Of a stretch of 64,000 nt of DNA, positions 1 to 14,284 are shown one piece after another. The stretch lies in assembly GCF_006345805.1 (NCBI RefSeq), contig NC_042998.1:77190001-77254000 (forward strand). The letters run 5' to 3'. The translations under genes were made by a program, and so were the position numbers. The notes beneath the pieces are model-generated. The model did not search any database and was not told the origin of the DNA. It was given only the letters and a program-made list of their open reading frames with translations. This DNA comes from Octopus sinensis (lineage: Eukaryota). Numbering within the stretch: the first letter of the stretch is position 1; each line of letters opens with the position of its first letter.

Positions 1-471
1 TATACAAACACCAAACAAAGAAATGCTTGGTCGTCGAGAAGAGTTAACACTCTTAAGACACCAATGCATTATTTCAGAATTTGCTTCTTTGAATATCGCA
101 AGAACTGAATAAACGGGAATAGACATATATTCTGAAGAGATTATGGATAGCCAAGGATATTATTGTTCACAGAAATTTGTGTATATTTCATATATACATG
201 ATAAAAAAATATATATCTAGTAATCAAATCGTTGTGTTTAAATAATGTTTTACAATCAGCCATCACAACCACCACCACCACCACCACCACCATGCATATA
301 TAGAAATGAATAAAGGCAACTGTGATGAGTCAACAAAACAAGTACCAGCAATACGTTGCTTCTTCCTGTTTAGCATTACAGTCCTCATGATTAATCAATA
401 GCTTGATCGTTATGACAGACGTATATATGACAATGCATTAACGTATTTCGTTTGTCATTGTGTTCCAGTTT

Positions 472-472
<1 letters not shown>

Positions 473-557
<85 letters not shown>

Positions 558-590
558 GTCTATCTATCTATCTATCTATCTGTCTATCTG

Positions 591-652
<62 letters not shown>

Positions 653-767
653 CTCTATCTATCTATCTATCTATCTGTCTCTCCGTATGTCTATCTCTTA
701 GTCTGTTTGGCTCTCTGTCTATGTATGTACATATGTATGTATGTATGTAGGTAGGTAGGTATGTATC

Positions 768-830
<63 letters not shown>
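473..830. repeat. Compound microsatellite (TATC)n-(TATG)n-(TA)n
   Basis: Direct reading; explains the YLSI/IYLS pseudo-ORFs at 452-754. Confidence 0.97.
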
Positions 831-831
<1 letters not shown>

Positions 832-1422
832 TAAATTTACAATTTTCTATGGTCTCTATTAGCATCATCTATACATTGTTTAATATCTGTTAGAAAGTGT
901 GAAGTGAAATCCAACTTTGGATTAGTGTTAATTATATTACAAAGTGAAAATAATAATAATAGTAATGTGAAGAGAGAGAGAGATTATAACTGTGTAAACG
1001 TGGAGAGGAGGAGCAATGGTGCAGAGATTAAAAAGAAATAAGTAACAACATACCATTTTCAGCATTAAAATAGTTCTGATCACCCGCATCCTCTTCAATG
1101 TCAATATCCACCACTACTTACTTAACTGCGCCTGATTCCACAACAACGTCGCCACTCTTCACATCAGTTTCAATTTCAGTGTCCTTGTTTTTTTCATAAC
1201 TACTCATTTCTCCTGTTCTTCTTTTCCGCCTCCTCCCTGTCATAACCATTGGCATCGTCACCATCGTCGTCATCATTATCAATATCATTTTTAACATCTG
1301 CACCTTCAGCATCATCAGCCTTATGATCAACGTCGCCGCTGTAGTTGTGATCATCACGGCCATATCGCAATCAATAAGTTACTTTTCTAGTCGCCATTTT
1401 TTATATTATTTTATAAGATTAT

Positions 1423-1965
1423 GGCGGCGAGCTAATAGAATCGTTACCAGGCCGAGTAAAATGCGTTGCCGTGTTTCGTCCGCCCTTTACGTTGTAAGTT
1501 CAAGTTCCTTTCGAAGTAGATAAAATAAGTAAGTGCCAAAATTTGAAATTAATATATATTTAGAAGAAGGCAGTGATCCGGCAGAAACGTTAGCACGCCG
1601 GGCGAAATGCTTAGCGGTATTTCGTCTGTCTTTACATTCTGGTTTCAAATTCCGCCGAGGTGGACTTTGCCTTTCATCCTTTCAGAGTCGATAGATTGAG
1701 TACCAGTTACGTACTGGGGTCGATCAAATCGACTGGCCCCTCCCCCAAAATTTCGGGCCTTGTGCCTAGAGTAGAAATGAATATTTATTTAGAAGATTAT
1801 GGCGGCGAGCTGTCACAGAAATTATCACGCCAAGCAAAATGCTTAGTAGCATTTCGTCTGACTTTTCGTTCTGAGTTCAAAAGCCTTTCATATTTTCGTA
1901 GTCGATATAATCGACTTACTCGCTGACCGTTAAATTGCTGGCACTGAGCCAAAATTTGAAACCAA
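1423..1965 (+). mobile_element. Cluster of 3-4 copies/fragments of tRNA-derived SINE family A (GGCGGCGAGCTGGCAGAAACGTTAGCACGCCGGG head)
   Basis: Heads at about 1423, 1568 and 1800 with B-box-like GAGTTCAAATTCC; shared body GACTTTGCCTTTCATCCTTTC...GGGGTCGAT. Same family recurs at 14.1, 41.4, 48.5 and 49.4 kb. Confidence 0.85.
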
Positions 1966-2879
1966 TATTTATTTATAACATTATTGAAAAAACTGTTTCT
2001 CTTTTTCGTATTACTTCTTTTTCTTTTATTTTTGTAAATCTTATTTACATTTCAATAATACGGCAGAAAATAGTGAATGCCGATCTGAAATATATTTTTC
2101 TCCTTTCAGTCAGTTTCTAATGCCAAATATTTTGACTATCTCGTTTATCACTTGGAGGTCTGAAAAAATGTGTAGCTGTGACTGTTTAAATTTGACTATA
2201 CCATATCGTCCAACGTTGAATTTTATAAGACATATATTGGGTGGATATCGATGGATTATTGGGATTCTGATCCAGTTGGCAGTCATATTCTCGCTTGCAG
2301 TTATATTTTCTTCAATGAAGATCAAAGAGAGATGAAAATTTTGCTTTGATAACTGAGAATGATCGACAAACCTGAACAACGATTTAGCCAGGGCAATGTG
2401 TGGCACCATGAATATGTCCTTAACAAAAGTCGCCCATGAATTTCACCGAGCTTGATTGTACCACCATGTTCATAGTCGTTGAATGTGCTGATATGCCGAT
2501 TTTTATGCAAACTACAGTAGTTACTACTAAGATCCTATTTTTTAAAAATGAGTTGCTTAAGTCCAAATAGATAATGTCAACTTCCGTTTTCTACTGAATC
2601 GTTTCCTATTCCCATCATCTAATTAATAATCGTTGGATCAAAATATTTTTTCGGATTTTCACTGATGAGTTTTGGCAACTTGTATCTCCATGTTACATCA
2701 TTAATAGATACGACTTGTTCTATAATAATTACTGGATTGTTTATTCTTTATTTTCATGTACAACATATAAAGATCAATTATTTATTCTTTATTTTATGAC
2801 TTTGATAATGAACATGGCCTGAGTGGCAGGGCAGCAACAAAAGAAAATAATTATGAGGAAGGCTCAAGAACAGTCAAGG

Positions 2880-3740
2880 AATGTATAACGCAAAACTGGT
2901 TCAAACGTTTCGAGGAAGGTAACACCAATCTGGAAGACAAACCAAAGCGAAGGAAGATGAAGCACATACTTTTGTCCTTCGGAAAGCACCATCGCTAGAC
3001 CCTCCATAAGCTCATCTTTGGGATCAGACGCTGTCGAAAAGCTCCTCATCAACTGACCAATAATCAAATTCAGCGATGTGTGGACATTTGCAAACTGCTG
3101 ACAAGAGGTTGTGAGCTCGAATCCCGGACCGGGCTGGTGATGAACAATGAATCAATTTTCATGATCCTCAAAAGAGAAATCAGTGGTTTCGTTCCTGCCA
3201 GGCTTCAGAAACTGTTGTTTCTGCAGTTTGAACAGAATGTCATGTGATTTTGTTGGAACGGTGAAGGTGTGTTGGTCTTTGAGCTTCTCCCAGATGTTCA
3301 TGCTTTAAGCTTAACAACTGCAGCGCGGATGCGATGCTTTGAAAGGGCGTTACCCTACATTTGTCAATCGAAGGCGTGGACTCCTACGGCATGACAGTGC
3401 CCTAGCACACACTACCAATATAACCAGCCGAAACTTGAGGAACTTGAGATTCTGTCTCACCCTGCCTACAGTCCAGACTTTGAATCCTCAGATTACCATC
3501 CTTTCCAAGCATATGACTTATCATTTATTGTCCGGACGGAGGTTCGACAAGATGGATGGGGTTGAAAACATGTGCAGGGGGTATTTGTCTTTAAACGAGC
3601 CAAAATTTATAAGCATAGAATTAAACTTCTGGCATAAGGATGGCAATAGACAATAGAATATGATGGAGTATATTTTGATGAATTAATGCTTTTCGCATGT
3701 AATTTGTTTGTACTCTTAATTAAAGCTTGATATACGAAAT
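2880..3740 (+). mobile_element. Decayed mariner transposase relic
   Basis: Frameshifted pieces read WFKRFEEGNTNLEDKP, LRHDSALAHT (HDNARPH-like) and HPAYSPDFESSDYHL (HPPYSPDLAPSDY-like). A SINE fragment is inserted at about 3106-3140. Confidence 0.8.
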
Positions 3741-6069
3741 AAAATTGACTCAACCATGGTAGGTTAAGGAAATTCTGCAATATTGAAATCTAAAGCGGTT
3801 TAGATTATAAAGATTCAATATAATGTCATAAATCTTTCAAAATAGTTTCATCATATATGAATTGGCTGGATTGTAATTCGGTGAGGGATACAAGCATTTT
3901 TAAAGACTTGTATTTTTGTGAGAGAGAAGTGAACTTTCCAAGGCGTATCGTAAGCCAGTGTTCAAGACCAAAATGTTCTAGATTTAAAATAATAAACTTA
4001 TGCAAAATTCTCTTTCTATTGTCAGCAATTTTAAGGCTTTCACTAAAACAATGTCACTTGAAAAGCAGGGTTTGTTCGTACACACTGAATTCAGAGCACC
4101 GTTGTAACTGGAAACAGACTGGTAATCCTACAGTAAACCTCCTTTGTGTTCTGAAATTAATGATCCAGGAAAAACAGTATTCATTAGTGCACACAGATAT
4201 TGCTCTATACTGGTAGAACTTACGTGGTTAATGCTTCATATCTGTTTGTTGAGAAATGAGCAGTATGGAAAAAATTTCAAATTGATACAAATTTGTTCAG
4301 TGCTCTGAAGAGCAATAGGTCAGTCGCATCAAAAATGTTCACTCGCGCTAAGGCCAATAGACATGAATGCAGACATTTACCCTAGATTTAGAATTCTGAG
4401 GATTAGAAGTAGTTGAAGTATCAGTATAAGAGGAAGAAAGATGAGAGAGCGCCTAAACCGCTCTCTCAGTTACTGACAGGCGATTAGTGATTCTTTGTAA
4501 TGGTCGGAAATTACTTCTCTTGAACTCGATTTTGAGTGTATTCGTACTATACAACAAAAACAGGCAGAATATATGATCAATTCTTTTATGGTTTTCTCAC
4601 CTTGGTTTGTAAACGTTACTAACTGATTGATATGTATATTAATCTGGAAAATATTAGGTCGCCCAATCCCTATTGAAATATTTTTTCGTTGTATTGTTTT
4701 ATGAAAGTATTTAAAATCAAATGGTATTATTTGCATATAATTTGCTATAACCTGCGTATAATATTAACCACAAACTGATGATTAATATACATGAAGAGTC
4801 TGCAAGACCTAATGCAACTTCGGGAACATTTGAAATAACTGATTGTACATCACAGATGGGAATAACCTAGTGTGCGCTAAAATAGGGCGGCCTGACATAT
4901 AAAACTTCAATTCGAATATGTTAAATACAAGTGGAGCATATGGGTGGCAAGTAGATTAGAAGGCTTAGCAAAGGGACAAAATCAATGCAGCCACCGAACA
5001 TTTGAAGAAGACGCATTACCGTTTGTGAGTTTGGAGTGCAATTCCTGGGAGATCTGCGGGAACTATAACAGTATTGAAGAAGTAGCAGTGTGACATTTAT
5101 TGATGTAAGAAGATGGTGAACATTTGTAACTGTTTCAATTGCTTTAGGAATATTGCTATAAATGAGGATTACTGGAATTGCTATCATTTGGATTAAGATA
5201 CAACTGTGTATCTTTATGGATTAGTTTCCCGAGATCGAGCATGTTTGCTTGGTTACAGACAGTTAGATATGTCGGTGAAACAACTGGTATGCTGTTCCGG
5301 TTGAATTCTTTTTTGTGTATAAACAGGTATTATCGCGGTTTTACATGAAAGACAGCGACCTATAGAGTAATTGTACATCTAGCAGTTTTGCATAAGTATG
5401 GAAATTGTGTATGCACCTTGGTGTTTGATTCAACTGTCAGTTTGGAACTCAGACATCTTGTAGGCCGTGCAATGCATAGATGTTTGATTCAGTTTCGTAA
5501 TTTGGGGGTTTTGTAGTTGATGAGATGGCAGATTTCTTTTTCAGGTGTTGCTGATGACCCTCTCCATCTTTACTGATGCAGAAGAGATAGAATTAAGTCG
5601 TGCTTAAAAAATTTGATCATTGGGAGCAGAACTATAAAGATGGAAATAGTTGGTCGTTTTGAGTATTTTCATATTTAAGGCATCATGCTATCAGTCATTG
5701 CTGTTATTTGAAATTAGCAGTGATGATAATGAGATACCTTCGCTTTTGTGGGGTATATTGTTCGTAATTCCTGTTAGTTGTTACGATATAATACCAATTT
5801 TCTAGATGTCAGCGGGAAAATGGTTTATACACATTTTCATGAACGTCCGGCTATGCTTTAAACAGGATTATTTTATTGTCAATTAATGATGAACAGTTAT
5901 ACAGCAAAGTGGTTATGCTAGATTAAATAAACGAGAATAGACCAGACCTGGAGTTCCAATGTTAAGTTTGAGGAAGTAGTACAAGTTAATGACAAATTTC
6001 TTTGAATCTAACAATTTGTGTTTAAGAGTTTTGCTTCGTATCGTTTCGTGTTTTGTTACATCTTGCCAA

Positions 6070-6070
6070 G

Positions 6071-6136
<66 letters not shown>

Positions 6137-6330
6137 ATCTATCTATCTATCTATCTACCTATCTATCTATCTATCTATCTATCTCTCTGTCTGTCTGTCT
6201 GTTATTCAGTCTGTCTGTGTGTCTGTCGATCTATCTGCCTGCCTTCTAACCATCCATCCTTCTATCAATCTGCCTGTGTATCTGTCATCTGTCAGTCTGC
6301 TTGCTGGTTTGTCTGTCTGTATGACTGACT
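6070..6330. repeat. (TATC)n/(TGTC)n microsatellite
   Basis: Direct reading. Confidence 0.95.
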
Positions 6331-6493
6331 GAATAGATCCATCTGTTTATATATATATATGTACACTAACACATACACACAAAGTATATAGAAAATATTC
6401 TTATAAGTGTTCAATTCAAATGACATAATGCAGATGTGCAGATTTATCAGTCTCACACAGCATATGTCTATGTGTGCGTTTGTGTGAATATAC

Positions 6494-6533
<40 letters not shown>

Positions 6534-6569
6534 ATACATGCATCTGTACATATATATATGTCTATGAAT

Positions 6570-6609
<40 letters not shown>

Positions 6610-6732
6610 GTGTGTGTGTGTGTGTCAGTATATAAGTGTGAAACAAGGTGGGAACAATAGTACTGGATAACAGCAGGTAGAGTAATATGCCTTATTATTA
6701 AAACGGCCAAAACATCCCAAAAAGTTACAGAA

Positions 6733-6774
6733 AACTGCTACTCAGAGTCTCACGTGCCCGCTCATCGGGTAGTT
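6733..6774 (-). ncRNA. Degenerate minimal type I hammerhead-like motif
   Basis: AACTAC-CCGATGA-GCGGGCACGT-GAGA-CTCTGAG-TA-GCAGTT; helix I 5/6 bp; U4>C and GAAA>GAGA substitutions. Confidence 0.4.
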
Positions 6775-6798
6775 GTGATCCAGAATGGAATCCATTCT

Positions 6799-6840
6799 CA
6801 CTGCCCAATGAACGGGGAAGTGAGACTCGGAGTAGCAATT
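6799..6840 (+). ncRNA. Degenerate minimal type I hammerhead-like motif
   Basis: CACTGC-CCAATGA-ACGGGGAAGT-GAGA-CTCGGAG-TA-GCAATT; mirror copy of 6733-6774 with more core damage. Confidence 0.3.
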
Positions 6841-6936
6841 TTTTGTGACATTTTTGCGATGTTTTCGCAGCTTTAATAATAAGGTATATATATGTGTGTG
6901 TGTGTGTGTTGTTTGTATGTATGTGTGTATGTATAT

Positions 6937-6967
<31 letters not shown>

Positions 6968-7012
6968 GTATGTATTTGTACATATATACATATATATATA
7001 TATATATTTATA

Positions 7013-7350
7013 GGCGCATGGATCAGTGGTTAGAGCGTCGAGCTTACGATCGTGAGGTTGTGAGCTCGAATCCCGGACGGGCTGCGTGTTGTGTCTTGAG
7101 CAAGGCACTTTATTTCACGTTGCTTCAGTTCACTCAGCTGTAGAAATGAGTTGCGACGTCACTGGTGCCAAGCTGTATCGACCTTTGTCTTTCCCTTGGA
7201 TACACTGGTGGCGGTGGGAGGGAGGCTGATATGCATGGGCGACTGCTGGTCTTCCATAAACAACCTTGCCCGGACTTGTGTCTAGGAGGGTAACTTTCTA
7301 GGTGCAATCCCATGGTCATTCATGACCGAGGGGGGTGTTTACCCTTTACC
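7013..7350 (+). mobile_element. tRNA-derived SINE, family C (central GTGTCTTGAGCAAGGCACTTTATTTCAC domain)
   Basis: A-box TGGATCAGTGG, B-box-like GAGCTCGAATCCC, TTTACCC tail repeats. Decayed relatives at about 51960-52030 (-) and 62368-62490 (+). Confidence 0.8.
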
Positions 7351-7364
7351 CTTTATTTTTATAC

Positions 7365-7428
7365 TTATATATATATATACTTATATACCTTATATATATA
7401 CGATATATATATATTATATATAATATAT

Positions 7429-7466
<38 letters not shown>

Positions 7467-8019
7467 CTATCTATCTATCTATTCATATCTGTGACTGTAA
7501 GTGCGTGGAATTTTGCCAGTCTATGTAATAATGTTTTCTTTTACTGTACATCAATGTAATGCACTCAGCATTTAATTTGTGTGCAGAGTTTGATAGATTT
7601 TGATTCAGGTTTGAAGTAAACAGGGATCAGATATCTCAGTTCTTCCATCGTTGAATTCAATGCTACCATGGTTTGGAATGAATGTCTACATATCTTAAAT
7701 AAAAACGTACACATACAGACATATAATACACATACAATCTTACACTTTATGTTTCTATATATGTTATATATATATATATATAATATATATATATATATAT
7801 AATATCTATATATATATATACATTATATATATAAGCATATATATATATATATATATATATAGATATATATATACAATATAATGATTTATATATGTACGTG
7901 TATATATAGATATCTATCTATCTCTATATATATAGTATGTGTGTATATATATATGTAATTTATATATGTATATATATATATTATGTATTTATATATGTAT
8001 ATATATTATATATATATAC

Positions 8020-8052
<33 letters not shown>

Positions 8053-8055
8053 GTA

Positions 8056-8097
<42 letters not shown>

Positions 8098-8103
8098 ATA
8101 TAC

Positions 8104-8163
<60 letters not shown>

Positions 8164-8273
8164 ATTTACTCATCTTTTAATCCAGTGGCAATTAATATAT
8201 TATTACTGTTGTTATTGCTGTGATCCTGCTTTTAATACTTCTTATTCCTATCATTGTATTATTATTATTATTA

Positions 8274-8322
<49 letters not shown>

Positions 8323-8352
8323 GTATAGTAGTAGTAGTAGTAGTAGTATAGT
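7365..8352. repeat. Compound (TA)n, (TTA)n, (TAG)n microsatellite block with unique islands
   Basis: Direct reading. Confidence 0.9.
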
Positions 8353-8660
8353 AGTATCGGGGAGACGGAAACTCGTAAAATGTTTTACGTAGTCTAAGAA
8401 TATAAAGTTTAAAAAACTAGATATTACAGCAATACCATTACCGGTATAAGTTTTCTGGCCAGTTCTAACTTTAGAGTCCCAGTTTTGTGAGCAGTTTCCC
8501 TTTTCATAAGTTAATCAACGTTCATATAGAGTTTTAAAATATTTTCAGTAATGTAGTGATATGTGTAGAGGTATTTCCATATGCGTATATATATATATAT
8601 AATTATATATATATACCACACACAAACATATATATATGTATACACATATATATAGACATG

Positions 8661-8745
<85 letters not shown>

Positions 8746-9362
8746 GATATTTATATATAGGTATCCATAGGCATACCTGCATGTATATGCGTATATATAT
8801 ATATAAATATATATACATGTATTTATATTCATATATGTATATAATATATATATATGTGTGTGTGTGTGTATGTATGTGTGTGTATATATATATCTATATG
8901 CATACGTACTATATATATACGCGCACACACGCACACGGAAGCTCATCTGAGCTTTCAGGTGTGAAGCCCTGAGTAATGGGTTATTAAGTGAACTATTTTG
9001 TAAATATATTACTCAATGTATGATATTGAGTTCTCCATTCCGTAAACTTATTTTTCTAAGCAACGCAAAAGATTAACAATTAGTATAAAAGAGTGAAAAT
9101 TTTGACAACAAACAAAAAACAACAACAAAAACAACTTGGTATATAAAACAATGCGTAAAAGTAATACTTACAGTATAACACAGTGGATGGAGGCCTGTCT
9201 GTACAATACGTTGAAATTTTGAGTCGATGCGATGGCAGCTTGTTCTCAATGTCAGCTGGTTTGTTTCGCTTGCGTATATTAGTGCGTGTGAGTGTGAGTG
9301 AATATACGTATGTATGTGGTTATATGTTTGAGAGCAGTTCTGTGAGTGTGTGTGTGGGAGAG

Positions 9363-9411
<49 letters not shown>

Positions 9412-10024
9412 GGAGGGTGAAGAGAGAAAGAGACAGAAGGTGAGGGAGTGAGAGGAAAGTTGGGAGTCATTGAGTTATGGGTGGGTCATTCTTTACTTTT
9501 GCATACATATTTATTTTTTGTCTGTTCTCTTCCTTTGTTTGTTTGTTTGTTTGGTTTTTGTTTGATATTATGGAAGTTATGAAATTATTGTGCGGAGAAT
9601 ATTTCGAAAATTTTTATCGAAACATAAGTGAGGTTATTTTACGAACATTAATAAAAAAAATAGACAAAGGAAGAATAGGATATGAATTAAAAAAATATTG
9701 CTGATCTAAATAGAAAAAAAATCATAGTTAAGAACAACAGAATAACTGTATAAACACACGCATAATCATATGTGTGTGTTTGTGTGTGTTGTTGCGACTG
9801 TCCGTTCAGCTTCTGTATAAGTGTCTGTGTAATGCATATACATATATTCATTCAAATCACATACACTCATACACGCACGATACACACATGCACAGTGACA
9901 CACACACACACATATATATATAAATATATTAAAATTCAAAGGCACATACACATATATGTATATATATAAATATGTGTGTGTATAATACACATACATTTAT
10001 TATATAATTATATATATATATATG

Positions 10025-10076
<52 letters not shown>

Positions 10077-10889
10077 TATATATATATATATCATACATGT
10101 ATGCGTGTGTGTTATTAATGTGCATTTGTGTGTATGTTTGTATGTGTAAAACAGAGAGGGACTGACTGTGAGAGAGGGAGATAGATAGAGAAAGAAAGAG
10201 GTGACAGAATAGAGACTCTGGCGTGTGTGAGTGCCGGCGGGGTGGTGGCAGTTTTGCGTTTTAGAAGAGAACTTATGAACCTATAATACTCAAGTAATTT
10301 AAGTTAGTGAATATAAAACTATGATTATATTTAGGCTGTTAAAGCTAATTACTTCGTATTACAAAATTTCCTCTTACAAAAATTGTTGCAAACATTTTAC
10401 TACGTTTTCTTATGCAAACTTCTAGACTTATCGACTTTTCGGGGTAGCCGACTAATGCAGTGGCAGTTAGATGGATTTATCTGTTTTCTATTTAGCATTT
10501 CATTTGCATATTTCTATTATGTATTATGTTGCGTAATATTTATGTATTCGTTTAAATAATAGTAAATTAAAGCTATGATTCTTCAATAGCGTTTCCCATA
10601 AATGACACCTTCGAGATATTGATAGATCATATTAATAATTCTGTAACTGTAATGTTACATTAAGTAAAATAATTAATTTAGTATAATTATCGTTACTGCT
10701 TAATTAAAAAGAATCGTTGATAGCATAATAAATTGAGACATAGTATTTTAATAACAGTTGATGTTAATAAAAAATCTTAGAAGTGAAAACAGAAATGCTT
10801 AAGGAGTGAGGTCCAGGTTTACTAACTGTTCTAACTAACCACCTATCTGCGTGGCATTCAGCCTATGAATATACAAACGTATGAACATA

Positions 10890-11017
10890 TGTATATACAA
10901 ATAAATATTTGTATTCATGTATGTATATATGTATGTATGTATGTATGTATGTGTATATGCATGTATATGTATATATATGTATATATATGTATATACATAT
11001 AAATATATATACTCATA

Positions 11018-11068
<51 letters not shown>

Positions 11069-11530
11069 TCATATATATATATATATATACATACTCATAT
11101 ATATATATATGTGTGTGTGTGTGTGTATGTATATATATTACTTCACTATTGGTCTTCTGTCTATCATTATATCGTGTCTGTGTGACTCATCCCATATCGT
11201 CCAATTCCTACAACTTTGAAACGAACACGCACTCATACACCACACACACGGAGGCATACATGATTAATTAACTATAACTACATGTCTACAGATCTATATA
11301 TGTATGCATCTAACTATATATACATATGTGAATATAGCTGTTGCTGTCTGTCTCTGCCTGTCTCTCCCTCTCTCTCTTCTCTCTCTCTCTCTCTCTCTAT
11401 ATAATTATATATGTGTGTAATAGTTTGTGTGTTTGTGTGTGCGTGCGTGTGTCTAATTATCTCTCTAATATATAGGCATATATATATATTTATATGTATA
11501 TATGTATATGTAATTTTTATATATAATATA

Positions 11531-11565
<35 letters not shown>

Positions 11566-12024
11566 CTATATATATACACCTATATATATACATATATAAT
11601 CAATATATGCGTATGCGTGTACGTATATATGTTATATATATATATATACATACACACACATATATATATATGTAGATATGTATAAAGATATATATATGTA
11701 GGTATGTAATGGTATAAATACATAATTATTATTTTATTCTATTGTACATATAGCAAGTATACGTTGTCGCATTCGAAGTCTACATAAAAGTTGTACATAT
11801 TTGTGTCACAGGAAATTATACATATTTACATAGCCACACACCGGCATATATAAATATATATATCCGTATGTATACATCTACGTACACCCACACACATATG
11901 TATATACATATGTGCATGTGCATAAATACATGTATATATATATTTAAATATACATACAAGTATACATGTATGTATACGTATATATATTTATATAGACATA
12001 TGTATATACATATATATATTATAT

Positions 12025-12095
<71 letters not shown>

Positions 12096-12099
12096 TATA

Positions 12100-12134
<35 letters not shown>

Positions 12135-12230
12135 TATATATATATATATATATACACGTATATACATATATGTACATATTTGTGTGTATATATATATACG
12201 CACACACACGCACATGTATGTGTGTGTGTA
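10890..12230. repeat. Compound (TA)n/(TATG)n/(TG)n/(CT)n microsatellite block
   Basis: Direct reading; source of many IYIY pseudo-ORFs. Confidence 0.9.
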
Positions 12231-14080
12231 GGGAAGAGAGAGAAAGGTTGAGACAGAGAGGAAGAGAGTGAATGAGAGATTCTAAGTAGATTAATATAAA
12301 TATATGTTTCATTGTGTACGTATATATGTAGGCAGGTTGACTGGCAGAAATCCAGAGGAATATATACGTTGTTAGGTAGATAGATAATTAGACAGATTGA
12401 TGGATAGATTCATTGAGATAGATAGATCTACATAGGTAGATGGGTAGCTAGATATAACTCTCTGCCGGAGTTAATGTTTTTTTTATATATATATATATTG
12501 TTTCAGTATACTTGGATTGTCCTCCCGAAAGAAAGTTTGCAGCTTCTTTTTCACCGCTCTGTGTTCTCAACCAGGCTGCACAAGTTGCAACGTACCGCAG
12601 ACCACCGCCGCTGCACAATGCTGCACAGTGTTGCTCTATATCACCTCAGAAGATATGCAGTTTTTAAAAGCTTTCATTTATACAAGCAGTGTTCTGATGC
12701 AACTGCTTGTATGCAGCTTCTGGTGCAGTTTTAGATGCAGCTTTGTACAATCTACTCCGCAGAAAATAACTATGAGATCACTGCAATAGTTAATATGAGT
12801 GTTTCTTTTAAAGCTTCTTTTTTTCTCGTTGATTCTACATTTTTTATTCTCTTCTCTTTTCTATCATGTAATAAGTTTTCCCACGTTATTTAGTTGATCC
12901 TTTCTCACTTTTCTGTTAGTTTATTATTTTAACCATTAAACTCCTGAATAGTAGCTGCATCAATACAGCTTTTTTCTTGATTCATTCTATTCATTAACGA
13001 CAAAGAAAAACAAAAATCAAAAGCATCCTCCTTCTCACCACAAACCGCGTACACTCCAACATTTTACATATATGGCCCGATATAATATAACAAACACACA
13101 TGTGTATATATGTACATGTACATATACATACATATATGCGTGCATATACACACACAGATATATGTATATATACAAAAAATATACCGACATATAATACATA
13201 ATGTATATGTATATACATGTTTGCATCAATAATATATGTATATACCAGTAGTATGTTTTAATATATATATATATATGAGTGTGTGTGCTAATATGGATGT
13301 GCATCTTGTGTCTTGTGTGTGTGAATATGTATTAAAGACTCACTGTATTTGATTTGAATATATTTGAAATTCTTTTCGTTATTTTATGTTATTGTTAAAC
13401 GTTTTTGTTCTAAATTCATTCTATCTGTCAAAATTTCAAGTCTTTAATAGTATCGTGCTCAAAATGAAACGCATGTTGTATGCGTGCTTAAGCGTTGGTC
13501 GCAAACAATTATTGGAAGTCTTTTATAATCTATAAATTTAGTAACGTGTTAAAATAATGCAGTGCTTAAACCTTGGGAGGTTTCTTAGTTCATTCTATAA
13601 TGTAATCTCTCAGTCAGTCTGTCTCTACTTCTCCGTCTGTCTGTGTCTTTCTGTCTCTCTGATTTGTCTTTTAATTTGTATGATTAGTAAACCTCCCTAG
13701 TTATTCATTTTGTTTTTTTGTCTTTTTTTTTGCGAATTTCTCCATAAAATTCTGAGCCTGTCAAATAATGTTTTTCTTATTTCTTAAACTCCATAATAAT
13801 GCGTTGAGATTTCTCTTTGATCTACATGCATCGTTAACGAGGAGAAATTTCCTTATTTGTGTGTCAGATGTAACGTGTGTTAGGTATAATGAGATTTGTA
13901 ATTTTCATGTTTACATTGAATTTTTTTTTTATATTATGCTGGTTGTCTATGGCAATGAGGAGATTTTATCTTCTGGTGATTCTAAAAAGGAATTTTCGGT
14001 TGAATATGTTATATATTGTTTTGCTTTAAAAGTTATAGCAGTATTTATCCAATTTGTGACCACATCGTCCTTGTAATAGC

Positions 14081-14284
14081 CTTTCTACAATAGGCACAAG
14101 GCCTAACATTTGGAAGAAGCGGGATAGTTGATTACATCAATCTCAAAATCAGCTGGTGACAGTGTTATCGTTCCCGAAGGGATGAAACACAAGGTCGAAT
14201 TCGGCGGAATTTCGACTCAAAATGTAAGGATAGACGACATGTTTCTAAGCATTTTGTCCGGCGTGCTAATGATTCTGCCACCTC
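14081..14284 (-). mobile_element. SINE family A copy
   Basis: Reverse complement matches the head (GGCAGAATCATTAGCACGCCGGAC) and tail (GGCCTTGTGCCTATTGTAGAAAG) of the copy at 1568-1785. Confidence 0.8.

Larger units (their letters stand above)
6690..6884. mobile_element. Small foldback (inverted-repeat) element with two outward-facing hammerhead-like motifs
   Basis: Arms CCTTATTATTAAA...GCTACTCAGAGTCTCAC and GTGAGACTCGGAGTAGC...TTTAATAATAAGG; central AGAATGG-aat-CCATTCT hairpin; ends against a TA tract. Confidence 0.7.

Noticed and set aside
3850-5800. Decayed Penelope-like RT/GIY-YIG ORF on the minus strand
   Set aside because: Only vague resemblance (IQRKNISIG...PNIF; GAYTISI...CK); no intact diagnostic motif. 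A translated HMM search would be needed.
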